From: Chrysomallon squamiferum
Taxonomy: Eukaryota > Animalia > Mollusca
Reading direction: 5' to 3'
Assembly (NCBI GenBank): GCA_012295275.1
Contig: CM022665.1
Span: forward strand, 39,680,001-39,744,000
Length of the DNA: 64,000 nucleotides
Shown here piece after piece: positions 1 to 14,424 of this stretch (its first letter is position 1; each line of letters begins with the position of its first letter). The translations under genes and the position numbers were made by a program. The notes under the pieces are model-generated. The model searched no databases. It was given only the letters and a program-made list of their open reading frames with translations, and was not told where the DNA came from.

Positions 1-1314
1 AGATCTGGAATAGCTGTGGCAATAAAACAAGAAATGTTGAAGGTTACTGCATTAGCAAATAATTATTGCCATGACAACAGCACCATATAACTGGTCATTG
101 TCCACTGAGAGTTAAGAGTGCAAATGGACACCAGCCTAAACCGATTTATTTAATTGTTTCTTTCCAATGGCAAGATTCGTAAATGGATACCACGACCTTG
201 AACGATTTGGAGTAAATGGATACGTTGACCTTGAATCGTATGGACTGACGGATACCTTGATCTTGAGAGATTCGGAGTCATGGATACTACTTATATCAGT
301 ACAGGGAGATTTTGGAAATCGTCTTCGTCATATCCGCTTGTGCAGCATTTAAAGTATGTTTTGAGATAAAAGTTTATCTATATAAAAACATTTATATAAT
401 AAACCTTTTAAATTCAGACCATTTTATAAAACAAAGTGTTCTTTTAAATTCAGACCATTTTATATAAAACACCTGATAATTTTTTATTTGGTTCATGTAT
501 ATTTTGCGAAACAGTCCCCTCCAAATCATATACTGTATTTGTTTATCTCTTTAAATATTTACATATTAATTAATTAATTGACATTTTTATTAATATATTT
601 CTTAGACAAAGTCTTCAGCAGGACATCAACTTTAACTTTTCTCAAAATATTTGGTTAAAAAGAATATCTTCTTTTGTTACCATCTACAAGGAACATATAT
701 ATATAAAAATTAAAAATTAAAATTAAAACAAAATTCATATGAAAAACAATAAACAAATTTCCTTTGAAGATCATTTCATCTTCAAATGGTAAAGAAGACT
801 GACAAACAGAGATTTTTTTAACAAGCAGTATAATGATTATATTAATTAATTCTTTCAGTGTTTGTTTTTTGGTTTGTTCCAGCTTCTGTATGTTACAAGT
901 ACAGAAAAAGACTGCATTTTCAATTTTAAGCTGAACTTTAGTCCATCTTTTATCCATCAAAGAACTTTTAATATTAACATTAACACATGTAGCATATACT
1001 ATTGCCATAGGCTTTTAATATCCTTGAACTGTGATTTCTTTCGAAAGTTTTGTTTAATATTTAATGTTGGGTGAAAAATAAGTTAAAAATGCAAGATAAA
1101 AGAAAACATGAAGACGAAAGAAAATTGAAAAATGACTTTATTGTAAAATTCATAAAGTTTTACACACATTTCCCTTTTCAAAAGACGTTTCTATTGCAAA
1201 CTATTGCCGGAACTTGTCTCGCCATTGCATTAAGGTCCAAGTGTATGCCGAAAACTAGGTCTCATTATGTAATAGTAACCAAAATTTACAACAAATAGCG
1301 ACGTGATAGTAGTA

Positions 1315-1365
<51 letters not shown>

Positions 1366-1427
1366 TTGACGACGATGATAATAATAATAATCATAAATTA
1401 ATTATTAAATGATGATAATAATAATAA

Positions 1428-1474
<47 letters not shown>

Positions 1475-3531
1475 TAATAGTAATAATAATAATAACAAAA
1501 ACAATAATAATAACAATAGGATTAGAAGAAGGAGAAAAACTAAATCAAAGACAAAAACAAAACAGTTGAAATGCACGAGACTACGATACGGAATGTTACT
1601 GATTTTGGAATTAATTTTTATTTGTTTAGTATTAATAACTTTTTTTTTTTGGAATTATTTTTTGGTTATTTATTAAAAAATTTTGGGAATGCATCTGCCT
1701 CGAAAAATTTTACAAATCGTTAATTCTCGATATTTCAAATTATACTTAAAAACGCTTTTAATTTTAGAACGCTTATAATAAAGAAATGCTGTAGGACGAT
1801 TTTTTGATTTTAGTTTTTAATTTTTAAACTTTTTATTTATTTAATTTTTTTTCATTATTTTTTAGGAAAACGCTAAAATGCTTTTATCGCCAATAAATTT
1901 AAAAAGCTTGAATTTGGCTTTCATTTAGAATGCAACTTTTGAATTTAATTCTGATTCTCTTTAATTACTCCTGAATGCTTTTAAAAAAATCTTAAAATGT
2001 GCCCGAACTTTTTTTTAAAAAAACCCTGTCTATGTGTTTATTTATAAAACGAACAAGGAAGTACATTACTACAATCATGCTTTTTACTTATACAGACAGC
2101 TAATATGGAGCGTTAATCAAAATGCATTTGTCGAACAATATTTAAACTATTTAGACTTCGAGATTGTAATAAATGTAACTCTGTACTTATATACATAAGA
2201 ATATCACCAATGTGGCTTACATCAGCATATATTAAATACAAGTTAGTGCCAAGACGGCAAAACTATTTCCTTTTATAAGGATGTAATGCAAAAAATGAAA
2301 TAACAAAGACTTGTAACAGAAAAATATTAGTAATTCCTGATAAAAAAAAACTGTCATATATATGCATGTATGTGTGTATGTATGTATGTATTTATGTACG
2401 CACGTATGTGTGTGTGTATGTATGTATATACTGAATATGTATATATGTGCGTATGCGTTTGTCTGTACGTGAAAGTGTATGCGTGTGTATGAATATATGT
2501 ATGCATGCTGGTATATGCATGGTGATATGTATTTATGTAAGTATATATATGTAGATATTTGTTTATGGTTACATAAAAGGTATTGATAAAAAAAAGAGTA
2601 AAAAAGAAAAAAAAGAAAGCATAAAATTTCGGCATATTTTGTCTCATCTCGTATTTTTAACCACTTACAAATATATTCAGTGTCTTTCAACAAACACAAC
2701 CTTGTTGAATGTGAATGTAATTTGTTATTTTTACAAACACCAAGAAGTTTTAGTGACCAGAAGCACTAAAAAAAAAAAAAAAAAAAAAAAAAAATAAAAA
2801 ATAATAATAATAATAATAAATACATAAATAAAACAAAATTTTAAAACATCCTCAAACCCCCAAAACCATAAAAAAATCCAATAAAAAGGAAATATATATA
2901 TATATAAGCAACAACCCCAAAACAAAAAAAAAAAAAACAAATAGATACAGCAACAAAGTCATAAATAAATAACTATATAAATAGATAAATGCTAAACAAT
3001 AATGAATATATATATATTCGTTATTAATAAAATATACAAGTAAATAAATACAAGTAAATAAATAAATAAATAAATAAATAAATATAAAATAACTACACTA
3101 CCTAAACCAGAATTATATTGCACCAGTACAAACAAGTTAGAACGTAAACACAGTGGTAAGTGCTGTACTGTGGAAGAAAATATGTAAAAGTTACGTCATA
3201 AAAAGCATCGGTTTGTATCTGAATTAATATAATTCTGTATATGAAAACACCATGCTTTTGTTGTAAAAGGTTGCAGGTCAACAGAACAATGAAGATAACT
3301 CGTAATTTAATTAGTATATTTTCATCCTAGCAACCGTTTCTCTGAGATACTTTTAATGTGTAACCATGTCATATTTTCATTACGTCATCTTATGTCGTAT
3401 TGATATATGTTTAAGCAGACTTCTTAAGTGATACTGACAATTAGAAGAGATAAGTTTATTGTAAATATGGGAACTGACGTATGCAGTTAATAATAATAAT
3501 AACAACAACAACAACAACAACAACAACAACG

Positions 3532-3582
<51 letters not shown>

Positions 3583-3633
3583 TAACAACGAATACAACAA
3601 CGACATGACGTCAACAACATTAGTAATTATACA

Positions 3634-3666
<33 letters not shown>

Positions 3667-3751
3667 GATAATAATAATAACAGCAAACACAACACAATCT
3701 ATAACATTTATATCATCTACTATAAACAACACTTATAACAGAGTTGTAATC

Positions 3752-3803
<52 letters not shown>

Positions 3804-4005
3804 TTACGTGGTGACATTTAAAGTTAATAAGCAATTGTTAAAGATACCAACAAATTAAGTTATGTACAGTTAATTTCAAGATAACATTAATGAATGACAG
3901 TTTCTGCGTAATGGCATGCATAATATGAATGTGCAGGAAAAGAACAAGAGCAAGGCATAATTTGTTTTGTTAGCCGCTATGCGGTTTTTCTCCAGGTTAG
4001 AGAAA

Positions 4006-4037
4006 TCATCTCTTCGACTCCATCATCATTTTGAATT
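4006..4037 (-). CDS. Calmodulin-like gene A, last coding exon ([10 protein letters not shown])
   Basis: Minus strand reads tttttcAG|AA TTC AAA ATG ATG ATG GAG TCG AAG AGA TGA. The phase-1 junction with the 243-nt exon rebuilds ...INYEEFKMMM, the EF4 exit helix. Confidence 0.85.
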
Positions 4038-4372
4038 CTGAAAAAAGACAAAACAAACCAAATTATGACTGTGACCTTCCTTTTTTTTTTGTGTGTGTGA
4101 GTCTGTTTTTTCTCAAGTCCTTACTTTTCGTCTTTCATTATTATTCATTATTTCGTCATTATTCTATCTCTATCTCTCTTTCACTCCCTTTCAGTACGTC
4201 ATTAAATATGCATCCATCATCCTGTATGTCTGTCTGTCTGTCTCTCTCTCTCTGTTTTTGTCTGTCTATCTATCTATCTATCTATCTATCTATATATCTA
4301 CCTACCTACCTACCTACCTATCTGTCTGTCTGTCTATCTATATATCTATCTCTATGTCTCTATGTCTCTGTT

Positions 4373-4411
<39 letters not shown>

Positions 4412-4682
4412 CTCTCTCTCTCTATCTATCTATCTGTTTATCTATCTATCTCTCTACCTGTTTGTCTGTCTATTTATCTCTGTTATAAAATTATTTTGAA
4501 CCTACCGTAAATTTTCTTTTAATTGAGAAATATTTGCAGTAATTAAAGCTTGTTAAGCTGAAAGCTGTTTTCAATACAATTACTTCAACATTTATTTCTT
4601 GACAAAAACTTTACTAACAATAAAGTTTAACGCGCCCATGTGAATACACAGCGAATAAGTAGCAGGCGTTTAGTAAGGTTAC

Positions 4683-4925
4683 CTTCGTAGTTGATGAGGC
4701 CGTCTCCGTCCAGGTCTGCTTCTTTGATCATGTCGCTGACCTCCTTGTCCGTCAACGACTCGTCCAGCGTGTGCATCACCTGCTTCAGTTCAGCAGCGTT
4801 GATGAAGCCGTCGCCGTTTTTGTCGAAGATGTTGAAGGCGTCCTGCATCTCTTTGTTCTCCGCCTCGCGTTGACATTTCGTACTCATCATCTGCGCAAAC
4901 TCGTTGAAGTCGATTGTACCGTTAC
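4683..4925 (-). CDS. Calmodulin-like gene A, 243-nt exon (end of EF2, linker, EF3, EF4)
   Basis: cgcAG|GT AAC GGT...AAC TAC GAA G|GTaac. Translates [81 protein letters not shown]. Same length and phase as the equivalent exon in genes B and C. Confidence 0.95.
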
Positions 4926-5125
4926 CTGCGTGTGGAAATGATAATGATGATGATGATGTTGATGATGATGATGATGATGATAATAATTTTTTTTTAAATT
5001 ATATGAATGTATATATATATATATATGTATGTATGTATGTATGTATAGATATATGTATGCATATATGCATATATGTAGAATGTATGCATGTATTCATGTG
5101 TGTAGAATGTACGCAAGTATGCATG

Positions 5126-5229
5126 TAAACAAATAAATAAATAAATAAACAAAGAAACCGACATTCATTAATGTATGCATGCATGAATGAATGTCGGTTT
5201 CTTTGTTTATTTATTTATTTATTTGTTTA
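5126..5229. repeat. 104-bp near-perfect palindrome in a gene A intron
   Basis: TAAAC(AAAT)4AAACAAAGAAACCGACATTCATT...AATGAATGTCGGTTTCTTTGTTT(ATTT)4GTTTA, centred on ATGCAT, with two mismatched pairs. Confidence 0.95.
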
Positions 5230-5477
5230 TTTGTTTATTTATTGTTTATTGTTTATTTATATATTTGTTTGTTCATTTATTTAATTGTATATTCATTTAT
5301 TTAATTGTTTATTCATTTATTTAAATGTTTATTTGTTTATTGTTTATCTATTTGTTTGTTTATTTATTTTATTTTATTTGACTGCACCATATACTTTGCT
5401 CCACATAATCATAGATACTGAAATAATTTTTATACAAAATATTTCTTTCATCTTTAGTAAGCTACATTCAACGTTTT

Positions 5478-5546
<69 letters not shown>

Positions 5547-5973
5547 ATACACACACATACATACATATACATATACACATATATGCATATATATGTTCTC
5601 TTTCTGTTAGGACACATTTACATGTATCTTATTCCGATCTGGAATATTTTCTATCGATCTTTCAGTCTTGGCATATTAACACGGAGAGAAGTTTTAATAG
5701 AAAGTGTTACTATCACAAATCTCTCCCCAGACAGCGAGAAGCTGTAATTAAACAGACTGGCTGTAAATTATCTAAGCTCTAGTGCATTGCTTTACATAGA
5801 TACTCGACTTCAATATAAGACATGGCGATATTTTCACTAAGTCGCCGATTTAAATTACTTTATATTGGTAATGTAAGTAGATGGATAGCTAGCATGAAGG
5901 CCAGAGAGGGAGAAACAGAGAGGGAGGGAGGGAGGGAGAGAGAGAGAGAGACAGAGAGAGACAGAGAGAGAAG

Positions 5974-6043
<70 letters not shown>

Positions 6044-6615
6044 GGAAGGGGCAGTGTTAAAACAAAAGAGAAAGTAATCAGATGAATCCGTTTATCGATG
6101 GACAGATGGAAGAATAATTTGAATGAATAGACTAGTGCCAAGATAGGTAGATAATCAAATGAATAGACAGATAACTAATGAACTTATAGATATCAGAAAC
6201 TAGGAAATATATAGTTTTTATTGATATATTTTTTTTAAAATAAATCTTCATATTTTTGCTAGAATTTCATAACTGTATTGACATTCTGAAAAGCTTTGTT
6301 GTTTTCACTATAGTTTTCCATTATATGTATTCTGATATCGAATAAATAATATTTTAGGCTAACATATTTGAAAATCAATCGTCTTCCTTCTCAAATTATT
6401 GTTTTCATGGGCTCGAGTGAAAGCAAAATGATGTCTTTTCAAAACATCAATCGATTCAAAATTAAAACTGTGTGCAAAACTGAAAGATGATTTTATATAC
6501 GAATGTTTGAGCGTGTTGCAGAATATTCTGAGCTTAATAGTAGTAGTACTAGTACTAGTAGTAGTCGTTGTAGTAGTAGCAGTAACAGTAGTAGTAGTAT
6601 TAGTAATAATTACTT

Positions 6616-6721
<106 letters not shown>

Positions 6722-6983
6722 GACAACGGTGATGATAATTTATTTAGTATTATATGAATAACAAGAACAAATGTGGAGAAAGAAACCTGAACAAGAGATT
6801 AAAAAATAATAATAATAAATAAAAATAAATAAACAAATAAATAAATAAATAAAACATTATAAAGAAGACAAAGAACGGTTAGAACAAGAATTCAAACGAT
6901 AACACTTTTAAGATGGAACATTTTTTCACAAGACCCTGCTTCCCATAAAAATATCAACTAGATTCGCCACTAGATGTTGTTAC

Positions 6984-7127
6984 CGTCAATGTCCATGTCG
7001 TTGATCATGTCCTTGACCTCGGCTTCGGTGGCGTTTTTCCCCAGAGACGCCATCACCGTCTGCAGTTCCGACACGGTTATCTTCCCATCACCATTCTTGT
7101 CAAACAGGTTGAACGCTTCCTGGAACT
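6984..7127 (-). CDS. Calmodulin-like gene A, 144-nt exon (EF1 and start of EF2)
   Basis: tgtAG|AG TTC CAG...ATT GAC G|GTaac. Translates [49 protein letters not shown]. 144 nt, like calmodulin exon 3. Confidence 0.95.
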
Positions 7128-7144
7128 CTACAAGACACAGGACA

Positions 7145-7202
<58 letters not shown>

Positions 7203-7220
7203 TTAACAACAACAACACCA

Positions 7221-7258
<38 letters not shown>

Positions 7259-7764
7259 AACTAATAATAATAATAATAATTGTAATTGTAATAATAATAT
7301 TAACAACAACAACAACTACAACTACTACTAATAATAACAGCTGTAGTAGTAGCAGTAGTAGTAATAGAAGTAGTAGTAAAGCAGTAGTGGTAGTATTAAT
7401 AATAGTAATAGTAGTGATAGAAATAGTAGTAGCAGTAATAGTAGTAACAGTAGCAGTAGACATATTTCAGAGTTAGTTAAAGGATAAAACGTAGACATAT
7501 ACTGTAAAAAAAAAGTTTAGGGATTTTTGATATATTTTTGTTTGTTTTCACTCTGGTTTGATGTCTGCTCTTTTCAATGAAAATTTTGTCGTAAAAACAT
7601 AGAAGAGCACGACTGATAATAAAGTTAAGCTCAGTAATTAATATTGTTTTTCTTATAATTAATTTATATATGCTGGATGAGTAGAAATAATGAGGGTTTT
7701 CTTATGCAACAAATAAACTTTCTCGATGACGTCAAAATACGTCAGATGCACTTTTTTTTTGCGC

Positions 7765-7922
7765 TTGGACAGGTGCAAATAAAATAGCCCTCGCTGTTAA
7801 ATAAATGGTATGGCGGGTTTCCTCTCAACAATAAATATCAGAATTACCAAATTCTCTGAAAACCAACAGCAGAAAAGTAAATCAGTGTTCTTACGTCATT
7901 TCGTTGAAGAAAATAAACTTTA
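7765..7922 (+). mobile_element. Decayed SINE-like tail fragment
   Basis: ATAAAATAGCCCTCGCTG resembles ATAAAAGTTCCCTTGTTG in the 13430 copy. AATCAGTGTTCTT resembles AATCAATGTGCTT at ~59352. Confidence 0.35.
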
Positions 7923-8779
7923 GCATCAAATAATTTAAACGAAACAATGAATGTAAGCTGTTCAGACTTCTGTAGATAATAAAAATGTATTTATCCTTTA
8001 TCTACTGGAATCGCTATATTAACGGACACCATTCAAATTTGTATCTATCCAAATAACAAATGCTAACAAACCAGATGTGATTAAAAATATGTCTGTTCAT
8101 GTCTGCGATATTAACTCCCCATCAAATACCATTAATCCATCCTAATATGTAGTGCGAACAAAACCAGACGTGATTAAAAACATATCTCTTCAAATCTGCG
8201 ATATCCACACATTAACTGTCGTACATTTTTATCTATTAAAACATGCAAAGCCGACAACCAAAATTGCCGTTAAAAACATTATCATTCAAATTTAGAGAGC
8301 AAAAATCAGCATATTTTACTACATATTGTTTTTTTTTTTTTTTCTTTTGTTTGAGATAATGTTGTAATGCATTCCGTGAACTCATAATGTTTGGTATTCT
8401 CGGTACTCAAAGCGTAGACACACACTAACTGTTGTAAATCATGTTATCTAGGCCAGCCATTATTTCAAATCACTTGGCTCGCCAAACCATCTGCTACCAC
8501 TGTTTAATATTAATCTGAATGTACAAAAAAAAAAAAAAAAAAAAAAACCACCCCTCGTTACTGCGTTGTTAATAAAACAGTGACGGAAACTTCCGAATGT
8601 TGACGGATTTGTGCAGGGCAGTGGTTTACACCAGTGTTTCGTTGTACTGATTTGATCTCCTCCTTCCCTGTTCTGAATTCATTTTCTTTATTAAAGGTAA
8701 CTCATACAGGTACCGGTGAAGTATCAGAGAAAAATTCTAGAATGTTTTATATATGTATGTAGATGTATGTGTGTGTTTG

Positions 8780-8815
<36 letters not shown>

Positions 8816-10170
8816 AGTGTGTACATGCATGCGTATGTTTGTGTGTGTGTGTACATGCATGCGTATGTATGTAAATGTATATAGGTATGTATGCATGCAT
8901 GTGTCTATGTATGTATTTATATATGTATGCTTGTATGTATGTGTATGTATTCATGTATATATAAAATAAAATTTTCAGCAAAGACATTGATGGTCAGGTT
9001 GTTAAAACAAAATAATATGATAATAGTGTTAAGTAATTACTCCGTATCATACGCCCCATTTCTAAGAAAGAACAGAAAATAAAACCACAAACAAACAAAA
9101 ACACATTTTTACATTATAAATCAAATATATCTTATATACCCACCCACATACACCCCCATTTGTAACACTGAACAAAATTTAAGATAAAAAAACCTTCATT
9201 TTAATATCACGAAGCATGTAATATACCCACACACCCCAATTTCGGACCACCGAACATTAACAACAATCCTCCCCCCCCATCATCCCAACAACTTCCGCAA
9301 GACTATCGAGAACATCAAATAATCTTTTAATCATCCAAGCAAAGCACTCAATTACGTTTTCCCCTCTCTTCTGACGATGACAAGACACGTGAAAATCAGC
9401 CCAGCCTAACGAGTTGTTGCCGCTGTTATTAAGCGGAGATACGATCTCCAGAAACGATTATTACTTTGGGTATTACCTAGGAGGTTCAATTTACCATCAT
9501 TTTTGTATCTTATAGATCGTGGACTCCACCTTGGCACCGCGGCTCCGTCATTACAAGCGTTTATTATTTTCTTATCAGCAGCGCGGCTGTCACAGTAAAC
9601 AGCTTTAAACTGGCGTACGTACGAATATAATAGCTTGATGGGTACGTTGCAATGTAATGTCGCGTAATAGCAATAACGTCCGTACGATCTGACGCACCGC
9701 ACGTCATTGCGCCGATGTTTACGTTATTATATCGCAATGAATTGTTTGAATTTCATCGAATAGCTGGTCGTAAACGCGGCTTTGATCCTGGGCTTCAGAC
9801 TGTGTAAAGTGTTCGAAGAAGGGAATTTCTAAACCGTTCGGTTTTTAACTGCGCTGGCTGGAAAATCGTGGAGGTGAATCGATTCATGTTTGAGGATGTA
9901 TCTTATCTCTTCTGTGGAGTTAACAAGGGAATCGGCGTCGTAACAAAAAACAAACAAAAAAAAAAAGATCTGTGTTATCTGGTTGTGGGATTATGTGGGA
10001 TGTCGGTGACTTTGAGTGTAGAGTTGCCCCCTGTTTCAGGAGGAGGGCGTAAGTCCAGTGATACACGGGGAATGGGGTGGGGCGCAAAGCATCATAGTAA
10101 CTGTTAGTATGCGTAAATGAAATGACGTTGACCCAATGATAATGATGATGATGATGATGATACTACTTGC

Positions 10171-10210
<40 letters not shown>

Positions 10211-10346
10211 TTTCGTGTAATAATAATAATAACAATAATAATAATTCATATAATAATAATAATAACAATAATAATTCATGTAATAATAATAATAACAATA
10301 ATATAATAATAATAATAACAACATCAGCAACAACAACAACAACAAC

Positions 10347-10391
<45 letters not shown>

Positions 10392-10394
10392 CAT

Positions 10395-10430
<36 letters not shown>

Positions 10431-12894
10431 TATCGTCATCATCAGAAATACGAGAAAAAGACGACAGGACGAAGTACCACGAAACACCAAACACCAAACA
10501 CCGCTGCACTTTATCGACGCTGTCAACCACGTCTCCGTCTTGACAACGGACACGCCGAAGCATCATTACAGTGATTATATCTCTATCCATTTTCTGATAA
10601 ACACGGCGACTGCCATCAGATCACGTGATAGCAGTTGTTAAGGCTGACGGTAACACTTTTCTAAGCAGCTGGAATTATCACGTGTTAACCCTTGATGCGC
10701 CATGATGACTTGATTCTTCACTAAGTCCTAACTGTTCTAGATTCCAAGATACACGATATTATTTTTTTATTTCTTTTTTTTTTTTTTAATTAAATATTGC
10801 CTGTTGTTTGAGAATCAGCAACGTTTTAAGACTATTTGTTATGAAAATGAAAATGAAATGAAGAAATGAATGAATGAATGAATGAATGCATAAATAAATA
10901 AACAAATAAATAAGTAAATAAATATATTAAATAATGAATCAATGAATAAATAATAATAATCATAGAAGCAGTAATAGAAGTAGTAGTAGCAGTAGTAGTA
11001 GTTGTAAAAATAGCAGTAGTAGGTGTAATAGTAGTAGTTGCAGCAGTAGTAGTGGTTGTAATATTGGTGGTAAAATGTTTGTTAAAATACGTAAAAAATA
11101 TAAAATAAGAAGATTTGCTACTTTTCAGAACATTCAGTATTATTCACTATTATTATGATTTGTGAATTCTGCAAATGTTTAATATTATATCCCTGAGAGA
11201 TATCAATAAGTATTTTTTTAAATTAAAGTTTGGAATGGTTTAATATCATTCCATATCAAAATTTTAATTATTTCTGTTTCTACGGGGGGAGGGGGAGGGG
11301 AAAATAAAATAAAATAAAAATAATAATAATTAAATAAATAATAATAAAAAAATTAATGGAAATGCATCAATTTTCAATGTCTGTTCAGAACTTGAAAAAT
11401 CATTCTTACAAAACACTAATGAATTATTATTAAACAAAGGAAGTTTTGAATTCAGTAAGCCTGTAACAGTATTCTTTACAAATTATCAATAGAAGTTTAT
11501 TTGTTAATTTATATAAGTAATCTAGATTCTTTAACGTTTATTAATTAACATTAACGAATTGTATTTGTTAAACAAAAAGATCAAAACAGTGTAAAATTCT
11601 CAGTGGTTTTGATTCAGCAACGTTGAATAATTGAATAATAATACTAACAAAAATAAATAAATAAATAAATAAAACAAAACAAAGAAGCAAACAAACAAAC
11701 AAAAAAAAAAAAAAAAAAAAAAAAAAATAAAAAACAACAACAGCAACAAGAAGAAATTAAAAAAAAAAAAAAAAAAAAAAAAATAATAAAATATATCAGT
11801 TTTAAAAAGTTCAAATTTATAAAGGTTCTAGACCCTTCAATCTTTAACAGTTTCATCTACAAATACTTCAAATAAAATTTATTTATTGAAAAGATAAATT
11901 ATAAACTGGTCAAGGTTCTTGATTCTGGCAGCCTTTGTCATTATTCTTTAAAAAAAACAAAAACATTAACGAATTATATATGCTGAAAAAAACCAACAAA
12001 AAAATGCTACAAGAGCATAAAATAAATAAAACAACAGGAAGGCTAATATTGCTTTGTTTTGTCGTCTGCTTCTCGCCATTGTTCCGACAGAAAACAAAAG
12101 CGAGCAGAAACGCGTCCGAGAAAACAAAAAGCTTTTCAAAGTTTCCGAGTCTTCAGAAGCGTAAAATCGAAGTATCAAGAGAGCTTTTTGTTGTCATCAT
12201 TCAACCGTGCAATACAGAAAACATGTAGGTACGCGAAAAAAAAAAAAAAAAAGGTGGAAATATCGTACAGAATTCAGAGAAAAACTTCCAACTAAGCGTA
12301 ATAAAATACCTAAAAAAGAACCAAAAAAACCCCCCCAAAACCACATCACTACAACTATAAACAACAACAAATAAAAATTTAAAAAATGTATAGATTAATA
12401 TATTTTATAGAAGAAGGTCGTATTGACTTGTCCATTCCATTCTGTAACAGAATACAGGTGGTTTTGGTTTATTTTTTGTTTTTTGTTGTGGATATTTTTT
12501 CGATTAGAATCAAGAGTCTCGTATGCTCTGTGTAAATATTTCAGACTGTCTGGTGCAAGATTGGGATCGTTTCTGTCAACGAGAACAAAGGATTTATTCA
12601 TAACGATTAATTAGATATGACACGACCGTGTATAAAGTTGCTTAATTTTATTTACTTTTTGAAATAAAGTAAGAAAGCAAATGAATAAATGAATGAATGA
12701 ATGAATAAATGAATGAATGAATGAATGAATAAATGAATAAATAAAATAAATAAATGAATAAATAAAAATAAATAAATAAATAAACTGATGAACAAACAAA
12801 CAAACAAACAAATAAATAAATATAATACAAGTTTGCAGATTTTTGTTCAAAGTAAATACCAATCCAGACCTCCTATATATATATACATCTTTAT

Positions 12895-12905
12895 CTATAT
12901 ATCTA

Positions 12906-12966
<61 letters not shown>

Positions 12967-12971
12967 GTCTG

Positions 12972-13040
<69 letters not shown>
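12895..13040. repeat. (ATCT)n microsatellite
   Basis: Long TATC tetranucleotide run. Confidence 0.97.
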
Positions 13041-13429
13041 ATATATATAGATCTTCTTCTGTTTTCATTTCACAAACTATTGTACAACTACAAGGTTAAA
13101 AAGTAATATATATGCGAAAGTTTCCAATTCAGTTCATCGGTGTTTCATTTAATTCTTGTGTTTACGACTCATAATGACCTTCGTACATATTTTATAAAGA
13201 TGGAACGATGTATCACTGTATTTATATGACACCGAAGAACTCACTATAAAAGCCATCAATTGTTTTGTACGCTTACAAACTTGTTAACAACAAAGTGTTC
13301 ACGGATACGGGTCAAAAATAGTATCTTCATAATTTTATTGTTTGGTTTGAACTAACTGATACAAAATGGAGATGAGGTAACTTGTATTTTATAAGACTGA
13401 CAATTCTCTCAACTTCATTTGTTACAGAA

Positions 13430-13743
13430 GCGGGAATGTAACTTAATGGTTACAAACTGTGTTCAGGAATGATGGGTTGTGTGATCAATTCTTCATAGCC
13501 ACGCTCGTTTGAGCATTTTCCGTTCTAGCAACTACTCCAAGACTGAATTACCTAGAGCAATCTGATTTCTATAGAAAAGAGTCTTAGATAAAAGTTCCCT
13601 TGTTGCTGCTGGAAAAAATCATTAACAGTTATCAACGTGTATTTTTTCTCTCCTTACGTGTATAATTCTTAACTAGGAGTTTATACGGCGTAAAAGCCAT
13701 ACATTAAAAATGTGTTGAGCTTGACGTTAATTAAAACATTTCC
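13430..13743 (+). mobile_element. Decayed, roughly full-length tRNA-derived SINE
   Basis: The head (TGTAACTTAATGGTT...GGGTTGTGTGATCAATTC) aligns with the 26756 head. The internal CCGTTCTAGC and the tail ATTAAAAATGTGTT recur in other copies in this window. Confidence 0.55.
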
Positions 13744-14092
13744 ACTCTTTTGGAGGACTTGAGAGCTACTTGGATCATGCCAAAAGCGTTGGGGTGGGGT
13801 GGGGTTATGTTATTATGTTAAACACATAATCTCTTTATTCAGTATTTATTGATTAACTGCTCACACGTATAAGATAAATTACTTATGCTAAGAGAGTCGG
13901 TACGATTCCAGCTTCATAATTAATAGCCGTAGATTATCACGTGAAGATGCAGTTTGTCTCTGTTTCTGTAGAGTGAGTTAAATATTAATATCATCATTTG
14001 TGTTACTTGTTTTTATTTTTCTGAACAATTTTTCTTTTGTCGACGAGATCTGTGAATACTTGGAAACTTACTTAACAATCAAAGTTGGGTGT

Positions 14093-14213
<121 letters not shown>

Positions 14214-14370
14214 ATTTGTCTGTTTATCTATCTCTTCGTCCATCTTTTTACATTATCTTAGGACATCATTTTATATAAATATTTTTAAAATACAAAATAT
14301 TTGATATTTTATATCTCATCGATTTGTCTGTCTGACTGTCTGTCTATCCATGTTTATAAATATAATTATT

Positions 14371-14424
<54 letters not shown>

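Noticed and set aside
655-1298. Possible decayed transposase fragment
   Set aside because: No catalytic motif or paired termini could be recognised by eye.
8020-8290. Degenerate ~90-bp tandem repeats (similar decayed arrays at 47200-47430 and 48240-48820)
   Set aside because: Real but highly decayed intronic duplications with no sign of function.
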